From Vicinamibacterales bacterium (GTDB lineage: Bacteria > Acidobacteriota > Vicinamibacteria > Vicinamibacterales > UBA8438), in the NCBI GenBank assembly GCA_965261285.1, contig OZ253457.1, positions 2,089,396-2,153,395 of the forward strand: a stretch of 64,000 nucleotides of DNA, read 5' to 3'. Made by a program: the position numbers and the translations under genes. Each line of letters begins with the position of its first letter. Position 1 is the first letter of the stretch. Below are positions 57,539-64,000 of this stretch, one piece after another. The notes beneath the pieces are model-generated. The model saw nothing but the letters and a program-made list of their open reading frames with translations, was not told where the DNA came from and did no database searches.

Positions 57539-58975
57539 TCAGAACAGGACCCGCCGCTGGCTCGAGGTGGGAATCTTCATTTCCTCACGGTACTTGGCAA
57601 TCGTCCGCCGGGCCAGGATCAGGCCGTCGTCCTGGAGAAGGCGCACGATGCGCGAGTCGCTCAGCGGTTTCCGGGAATCCTCCTCCTCGATGATCTTGCG
57701 AATGCGCTGCTTGATGGCGACCGAAGACACGCTCTCGCCGTAGGCGCTGCTGATGCCGCTGTGGAAGAAGTACTTCATCTCGAGCACCCCTTGCGGCGTG
57801 TGCATGTACTTGTTGTTGACGACGCGGCTGACGGTGGACTCGTGCATGCCGATGTCGTCGGCGACGTTTCGCAGCACGAGGGGCCGGAGGAACTCGATTC
57901 CGCGATCGAGAAACTCCTGCTGGAACGAGATGATGCTGGTGGCCACCTTGTGGATAGTCTTCTGGCGTTGATCGACCGACTTGATGAGCCACAACGCGGA
58001 TCGGAACTTCTCCTTCACGTAGGCCCGGGTCTCGCGGTTGTCGTTCTTCTTGTCGAGCAGCCGCCGGTAGACCGGGCTGATCCGGAGCTGCGGCATGCCG
58101 TCGTCGTTCAGCATGGCGACGTACCGGTCCTCGACCTTGACGACATAGACGTCGGGGATGACGTGCTGGGAAGCGGTGCGGTTGTAGCGGCTGCCCGGTT
58201 TCGGATCGAGCTGCCTGATGACGCCGACGTGATGCTTCAGCTCGTCGAGCGTCAGTCCGAGCCGCCGGGCGATCTCCTGACCCTGCTGGTTCTGAAGCAG
58301 CTTCAGATGGTCGCGGACGATCATCTCGGTCGCGCTGCCCTCGAGGCCGAGGTGCGCAATCTGCAGCATCAGGCACTCGCGAAGCCCCCGGGCGGCGACC
58401 CCGACCGGATCGAACCCCTGGACCACCCGGAGGACGCGCTCGACGTCTCCCGTGTCCCAGTCGCCCATCGCCGCGATCTCTCCGACCGACGCCACGAGGT
58501 AGCCGTCGTCGTCGAGGTTGCCGATGATCGCCGAGCCGATGTCCCGCAGAAGCGGATCGTCGTCCCCGGGCTGGAGGGAGAGCTGCCACATCAGGTGATC
58601 GGCAAGCGCGCCCGGGGTCGAGAGGGTGTTCTCTATCGGGGGAAGCTCGCGGATCTCACGCGGCGTATGCGGGCGGTAGCCGTCGTCCAGGTAGTCGCCG
58701 AAGAAATACTCGTAGTCGGCGTCGTCCCACGACTCCTGCGGTTCCTTGTCGGCCGCCCCGTCCTGCTTGGCCGCCTCCGCCGGGTTCACCGCGTCCGGCG
58801 GCTCCAGGTCCTCGGCCGTCACCTCCTCCAGCATCGGGTTCTCGACCACCTCCTGGGTCAGCAGGTCCACGAGCTCGAGAGTCGACATCGGCAACAGCTT
58901 GATGGCCTGCTGCAGCGATGGGGTCAGGACGAGCTTCTGCGAGAGGCGGGTCTGGAGTCGTTGCTGCAGTGCCAT
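57539..58975 (-). CDS. rpoN: RNA polymerase sigma-54 factor
   Basis: MALQQRLQTRLSQKLVLTPSLQQAIKLLPMSTLEL (region I). RpoN box ARRTIAKYRE near the C-terminus. HTH DIGMHESTVSRVVNNKYM. Confidence 0.95.
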   Translation of the reverse strand: MALQQRLQTRLSQKLVLTPSLQQAIKLLPMSTLELVDLLTQEVVENPMLEEVTAEDLEPPDAVNPAEAAKQDGAADKEPQESWDDADYEYFFGDYLDDGYRPHTPREIRELPPIENTLSTPGALADHLMWQLSLQPGDDDPLLRDIGSAIIGNLDDDGYLVASVGEIAAMGDWDTGDVERVLRVVQGFDPVGVAARGLRECLMLQIAHLGLEGSATEMIVRDHLKLLQNQQGQEIARRLGLTLDELKHHVGVIRQLDPKPGSRYNRTASQHVIPDVYVVKVEDRYVAMLNDDGMPQLRISPVYRRLLDKKNDNRETRAYVKEKFRSALWLIKSVDQRQKTIHKVATSIISFQQEFLDRGIEFLRPLVLRNVADDIGMHESTVSRVVNNKYMHTPQGVLEMKYFFHSGISSAYGESVSSVAIKQRIRKIIEEEDSRKPLSDSRIVRLLQDDGLILARRTIAKYREEMKIPTSSQRRVLF

Positions 58976-59146
58976 GGGGCCGGTGTTCTCGATCCGCGGG
59001 AACGAGGCGCATCGAGAGCCAGGGTCCGATCCGCGGGGAGTCTGGCGTCGGCGACTCTCCGCCGCGCCGTCGGGCCGCGCCGACGGCGCGAAACGCGGCC
59101 CTGTCTCGATTCTAGTGCTCCCCCGCCGCGGTTCGCAACCGGCGCC

Positions 59147-59175
59147 GAGTCCGCGCCGTTCCACGGCGCAGACTC
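59147..59175. repeat. REP-like palindromic element, best-preserved hairpin
   Basis: GAGTCCGCGCCG-TTCCA-CGGCGCAGACTC, a 12-bp stem with one mismatch, between the lptB stop and the rpoN start. Confidence 0.65.
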
Positions 59176-59185
59176 CTGCCCCCGG

Positions 59186-59911
<726 letters not shown>

Positions 59912-59975
59912 GCGAGGCGGGGTGCAGCGGCGCGTCCGGCACCGGATGGCGGCTGCCGGGCACACGGCCGCCGGG

Positions 59976-62585
59976 TCAGAACTCCAGGGGCTGGCAGGGG
60001 CCGCTGGCGGTCTCGGTCCGCGATCGCTCGCGCCCGTCGACCGCCACGACGTCGGACGCGCGATAGAATGTCAGCGCGAGCCCCCGCGTGCTGCGGCACA
60101 CCGGCTCGGCGGGCTCGACGGGCTCGGCCGGCTCGGCCTCGGCCGAATCGTCGGGCTCGACCTCCTCGACGATCTCCACCGGCGCTCCCTCCATCTCGTA
60201 GCGCCCCTCGGCCTCATGGTACACGAGAGCCTCGCCCGTCGCCCATCGGTCGTCCAGGCGCAACTGCACGGCGCCGGTCGAGGCCAGCCGGTCCAGGGTC
60301 CGGCCGTCCGGCTGCAGGAAGACCTCGATCGTCTCGGCCGCGAGATCGCCGTGGTCGGAGCGGAGGACGGCCGCGCCCTCGTAGAGGGCATGCCGGAGCT
60401 CGTCGTCGTAGGCGAAGCTGCCCGCGGTGGCGTCGGTGCGTGCGACGACGCTCTCTCCCGTCTCCGCGTCGATGCGCACGATCTGGATGGTCGTTCGCGC
60501 CGACCCGCTGATGGAGAGGCCCCCGGTGGCGTGGTCGATGGTGATGGCCTCACCCTCGAAGCTCGTGTTGCCCTGCCACATCCGGACCTGACCGCCGTAG
60601 GTGACCTGGCGCGAGTCGTTGTCGTAGTCCAGCGTATCGGCCCGGATGTTGATTCTCTGCGTCCGCTCCATGAGGGCGGGCACCCTGTCCTCGTCGTCCC
60701 CGCCCCGGCCGTCGCCGGGCGGAGCGAGGACGGTCTGCACGCCGCCCGACCCCGACACCCTCGACCCGTCCAGGGCGACCTCGAGACGCCCTCCCGCCTC
60801 GATGGTGCGGTCGCCGTCGACGAGGATCGCCGGCGGGCCGGCGTCGGCGTCCGGCGAAGGCCCACCGTCCGGCGAAGGCCCACCGTCCGGCGAAGGCCCA
60901 CCGTCCGGCGAAGGCCCGCCGTCCGGCAAGGGCTCACCGTCCGGCGAAGGCTCACCGTCCGGCAAGGGCTCACCGTCCGGCAAAGGCTCACCGTCCGGCG
61001 AAGGCTCACCGTCCGGCAAGGACTCGCCGTCCGGCAAGGGCTCGCCGTCCGGCGAAGGCTCGCCGTCCGACGCGGACTCGCCTTCCGACGAGGATCCAGC
61101 CCTCGGCAGAGAATCGGCGCTCGGCGAGAGCGTTATCGTCCCCTCCAGCAGGTCGTAGGCCGCGCTGACCGCCTCGGCCCGGCGGGTCTCGTCCTCGAAC
61201 CGGACCCCGCCGAAGAACCGCACGTCCAGCAGGCCGATCAGCCCCCGGCCCACACCGGCCTCGAACCGCTCGGCGCGGACGGTCCGGGTGACCGCCGCCT
61301 CGCTCGCCGATGCCTCGTGCCGCTCGCGATACGCGACCCCGCCGTCCAGGCTGATCGCGTTCAGTCCCGTTTCGGGGGTCCCGGTGGCGGTGAGCGTCCG
61401 GGCGCGAATCTCCTGGCGGGGTTCGCCGGGACTCACGGGAAGCTGCAGGAATACGCCGCCGCCAGCGTCCAGTCCGACGACCTCGGCCCGGCCCGGCGCC
61501 ATGAGCACGTCCATCGTGTCGCTCTCGATCCGCGAGCCTTCCCCGCCGTCCGTTCCCACCAGGTCCACGACCGACTGCCCGGTCAGGACGACCCGCTGGA
61601 GCTGCCGCGTGGCCGGGTCGAACGCCAGGGTGGTCTCGTCCGCCGCCGATTCGCGCAGCCCCCCGTCGCCCGCGGCGGCGGAACGAATGCGGACGCCCCC
61701 GAGCAGCTCCATCGACTCGAGCGCGTTCTCGCCGTCCCCGAAGTACGCGGTCGCCGCCTCGGCGGCGATGGTCAGATCGCCGGTCCGGATGCTCGTTCCC
61801 CCCTCGAAGCGCATGTAGCGGTCGGCGTCGGCGAGGGTGACGTGCGGGGCGTCGACGTCGACCGCGGCCCGGTCCGCGTCGCCGGTCAACCGCACGCCGG
61901 CGGCGCCGTCGAGGGTGATGACGCCCCGCTCGCGGTCCTGAACGACGTCGTTCCCGAACGCCTCCAGGCCGGCGCGGGCCAGGGTCGTCACCCCGCCGGG
62001 ATCGCTCATGGTGACGACGTTGCGGGCTTCGCTGTAGCTGGCGTCGCCGGTCCGGGCGGCCAGGCCGCCGGCGTCGGCGAGGCGCACGTCGCCGCTCACC
62101 GTGAAGTCGCCCTGCCCCTCCTCGACCGACAGCTCCGAGGCGCTCATCGTGAAGCCGTCCCGGTCTCCGCGCGGCGGCACGGTCACGTCGACGCCGCCGA
62201 AGAACCGCATCGACCCGTCCGCGTAGGTCGACTGCCACGGGGCTTCGAGCCGGAAGATCACCACGTCGCCGTCGCTCCGGACGAACTCGATGCCGGCGCT
62301 CTGGCTCACCGCCTCGGGGTCTGCCCGATCGACGGCGCGGGCCTCCGTCGATTCCCTGCGCTCGCGCATGCCGGTGACGAGGAAGGCCGCGAAGAGGGCC
62401 AGCCCGGCCGCGATGCCGAGCCGGGCCGCACGCTGCCATCGGACGGGCCGACGGCGCCGGCGCGCGCCCCCGGAGACCCCCGCGGGGGCCGTCGCCGGGG
62501 CCGGCCGCGCTTCGCCGGCGGAGCCCGGGACCGCGGGCGCGTCGGGCCCGGCCTCCGACCGGTCGGGTTGGTGATCCACGTTCAT
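59976..62585 (-). CDS. Large membrane-anchored LptC/LptA (OstA-like) multi-domain protein
   Basis: An N-terminal anchor ([17 protein letters not shown]) followed by repeated OstA-like beta-jellyroll-type segments. The C-terminal part resembles LptA ([36 protein letters not shown]..., [25 protein letters not shown]). The position before lptB supports the call. Start ATG at 62585, or TTG at 62615. Confidence 0.65.
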   Translation of the reverse strand: MNVDHQPDRSEAGPDAPAVPGSAGEARPAPATAPAGVSGGARRRRRPVRWQRAARLGIAAGLALFAAFLVTGMRERRESTEARAVDRADPEAVSQSAGIEFVRSDGDVVIFRLEAPWQSTYADGSMRFFGGVDVTVPPRGDRDGFTMSASELSVEEGQGDFTVSGDVRLADAGGLAARTGDASYSEARNVVTMSDPGGVTTLARAGLEAFGNDVVQDRERGVITLDGAAGVRLTGDADRAAVDVDAPHVTLADADRYMRFEGGTSIRTGDLTIAAEAATAYFGDGENALESMELLGGVRIRSAAAGDGGLRESAADETTLAFDPATRQLQRVVLTGQSVVDLVGTDGGEGSRIESDTMDVLMAPGRAEVVGLDAGGGVFLQLPVSPGEPRQEIRARTLTATGTPETGLNAISLDGGVAYRERHEASASEAAVTRTVRAERFEAGVGRGLIGLLDVRFFGGVRFEDETRRAEAVSAAYDLLEGTITLSPSADSLPRAGSSSEGESASDGEPSPDGEPLPDGESLPDGEPSPDGEPLPDGEPLPDGEPSPDGEPLPDGGPSPDGGPSPDGGPSPDGGPSPDADAGPPAILVDGDRTIEAGGRLEVALDGSRVSGSGGVQTVLAPPGDGRGGDDEDRVPALMERTQRINIRADTLDYDNDSRQVTYGGQVRMWQGNTSFEGEAITIDHATGGLSISGSARTTIQIVRIDAETGESVVARTDATAGSFAYDDELRHALYEGAAVLRSDHGDLAAETIEVFLQPDGRTLDRLASTGAVQLRLDDRWATGEALVYHEAEGRYEMEGAPVEIVEEVEPDDSAEAEPAEPVEPAEPVCRSTRGLALTFYRASDVVAVDGRERSRTETASGPCQPLEF
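60849..61083. repeat. ~13 x 18-bp in-frame tandem repeat inside the LptC/A-like gene
   Basis: GTCCGGCGAAGGCCCACC and variants, encoding ([18 protein letters not shown])n between two OstA-like halves. Confidence 0.85.
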
Positions 62586-62609
62586 CACTGTATCGAGCTT
62601 GCGCGGCGT

Positions 62610-62878
62610 CGGCAATCCGGCGGCGCGCGGGGGACGGTTCGCGTGTGCGTCTCACACCCGCCCGGAGGCACGGCAATCCGCGGGCGCGCGGAGGGGCGCG
62701 TGACGGTGGGCCGGCTGCCGGGGTGATCCCCCGGCAATCCGCGAGCGCGCGGAGGGGCGTGGTACGGCCGCCGAACATCCACCGTCTCGACGCGGCAATC
62801 CGCGGGCGCGCGGAGGGGCGCAGCGCACCGTGGTTACCGGCGAAGTGGTCCGGCCATCCCCGGGCGCGCGGAGGGGCG
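62610..62878. CRISPR. Short CRISPR-like array: 5 repeats of 28-29 nt, 30-34 nt unique spacers, 61-bp period; no cas genes in window
   Basis: CGGCAATCCGCGGGCGCGCGGAGGGGCG at 62671 and 62793, with one substitution at 62732. Degenerate copies at 62610 and 62851. The repeat contains the stem TCCGCG-GGCG-CGCGGA. I could not align the spacers to each other. Confidence 0.5.
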
Positions 62879-62961
62879 CCCATGCCCCGCGGGCGCGGCC
62901 GCCGCGAGACGCCCCGCGGGGGACCGGTCGGGACCGGCGCGGCGTGTAGTACCATGAACGC

Positions 62962-63207
62962 GTGCAGGAACCACTCACGCCGGTCATCATCGAGCTGGCG
63001 GAGCCCGCCACGGAGGAGATCACCGTCGCCGACATCCTGATCGGCGCGTTCAGCTTCGCCGGCGTCCTGTTGCTGGTGGCGGTGGGGCTTGCGGTCCTCT
63101 TCGCCGGCGGCCTCATCGGGCTCCGGCGGCTGCGACCGGAGAACGCCATCAACGGCGAGACCGCCAACCAGACCAGCCTGGGCCTTCACCTGCCCCCGAA
63201 TCCGTAG
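62962..63207 (+). CDS. Hypothetical small membrane protein
   Basis: GC3-rich ORF with one clear TM segment (ILIGAFSFAGVLLLVAVGLAVLFAGGLIGL). No family recognised. Confidence 0.4.
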   Translation: MQEPLTPVIIELAEPATEEITVADILIGAFSFAGVLLLVAVGLAVLFAGGLIGLRRLRPENAINGETANQTSLGLHLPPNP

Positions 63208-63326
63208 CCCCGGCAGCGCCGGCCGCACCCACCTGAAGCTGCATCCTGCTCGACCCTGGTGTAACGCGCAGCCCGCGGTTCGGCGTCGTCGCCGCCGGCC
63301 CCGCTCGCCGCCCCCCCCCCCCCCGA

Positions 63327-63354
63327 GGAGTCGGCGCCGCTCTACGGAGGCTCC
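63327..63354. repeat. REP-like palindromic element copy (degenerate) overlapping the recJ stop
   Basis: GGAGTCGGCGCCG-CTCTA-CGGAGGCTCC, immediately preceded by a C14 homopolymer (63311-63324). Confidence 0.45.
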
Positions 63355-64000
63355 TGCCCGGCGGGCGCCTCCGATTCGTCTCCACGTGCGGCCGGCCGGA
63401 TGTCCGCCACCGACAACTCGACGGTGCGCTCGCCCCGCCAGGTGTTCTCGGTCAGGTGGAACGCCAAGTCGAGCGCGTCCCCGTGGCGCCGGACGAAGTC
63501 CGCCCGGTCGGCCATGCGCCAGGCGACCGCGCGGAACACCCGTCCCTGCTGCCGGACCCGCATCGCGAGGTGCCGCGACTTCAGCACGCGGGGGCCGTCC
63601 GCGAGGGCCAGCTCCCCGGTATGGAACACGGGCCGGGGATTGCCCGCGCCGAAGGGCTCCATCGCCCGCAGCCCCGCCATCATGCGGGGCGTGATGGCGG
63701 CCAGCGGCAGGCGGCCGTCGATGCGGAGCCGCGGCATGAGCTGCTCGGGGCCGAGCCGGTCGTCGGCGAACGCGGTGAGCCGGCGCCGCAGCTCGGCGAG
63801 GCGGTCGGCCTCGATGGTGACGCCGGCCGCGTGCCGGTGTCCGCCGTACTTGGTGAACAGCTCGCCGCAGTGCTCCAGGGCCGCGAGGAGATCGAACCCG
63901 GGGATGCTGCGGCCGGAGCCGTAGGCCCGGTCTCCCTCCACCGCGAGAACGACGGCGGGACGATGAAAGAGGTCGACGAGCTTCGAGGCGACGATGCCGA
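63342..64000 (-). CDS. recJ: Single-stranded-DNA-specific exonuclease RecJ, C-terminal part (5' end outside window)
   Basis: SGRSIPGFDLLAALEHCGELFTKYGGHRHAAGVTIE, EPFGAGNPRPVF, and a C-terminal OB-like region. The frame stays open to the window edge (...IVASKLVDLFHRPAVVLAVEGD). Confidence 0.85.
   Translation of the reverse strand, partial: GIVASKLVDLFHRPAVVLAVEGDRAYGSGRSIPGFDLLAALEHCGELFTKYGGHRHAAGVTIEADRLAELRRRLTAFADDRLGPEQLMPRLRIDGRLPLAAITPRMMAGLRAMEPFGAGNPRPVFHTGELALADGPRVLKSRHLAMRVRQQGRVFRAVAWRMADRADFVRRHGDALDLAFHLTENTWRGERTVELSVADIRPAARGDESEAPAGQEPP

Overview
Very GC-rich (by eye) chromosomal segment from a diderm bacterium; the phylum cannot be assigned from sequence alone. The left ~14 kb is accessory. 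It holds an intact IS1634-family IS with perfect 17-bp terminal inverted repeats, and two paralogous cassettes combining an FGE-sulfatase-like domain, plant-type LRRs and a zinc metalloprotease. It also holds an IS91-type element (integrase plus frameshifted HUH transposase) and an isolated microcompartment pair (BMC-H shell protein plus acylating aldehyde dehydrogenase). The remainder is core genome. In order: a type IV filament/T2SS-like operon (pilC-pilB-pilM-pilN-pilO plus three GspG-like pseudopilins); a MurNAc salvage cluster (murQ, two SSS permeases, serine hydrolase); an aspartate-family operon (hom-thrC-TIGR00300-lysC-asd); xerD; metK; a fused lptF-lptG; parAB; miaB; recN; tolQRAB-pal-cpoB; ssb; the lptC/A-like-lptB-rpoN-hpf-rapZ block; and a partial recJ. 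Several signals stand out. Tandem duplications of gene termini sit at four junctions of the pilus operon, including three chained 34-codon mini-ORFs. A leader-peptide attenuator lies in front of hom. A 5-repeat, 61-bp-period CRISPR-like array has no cas genes in view. A REP-like palindromic element occurs in at least 10 intergenic copies. A 600-bp C-rich tandem array lies next to parB. Three single-base indels fall in G/C runs and may be assembly errors. No rRNA or tRNA genes were recognised.
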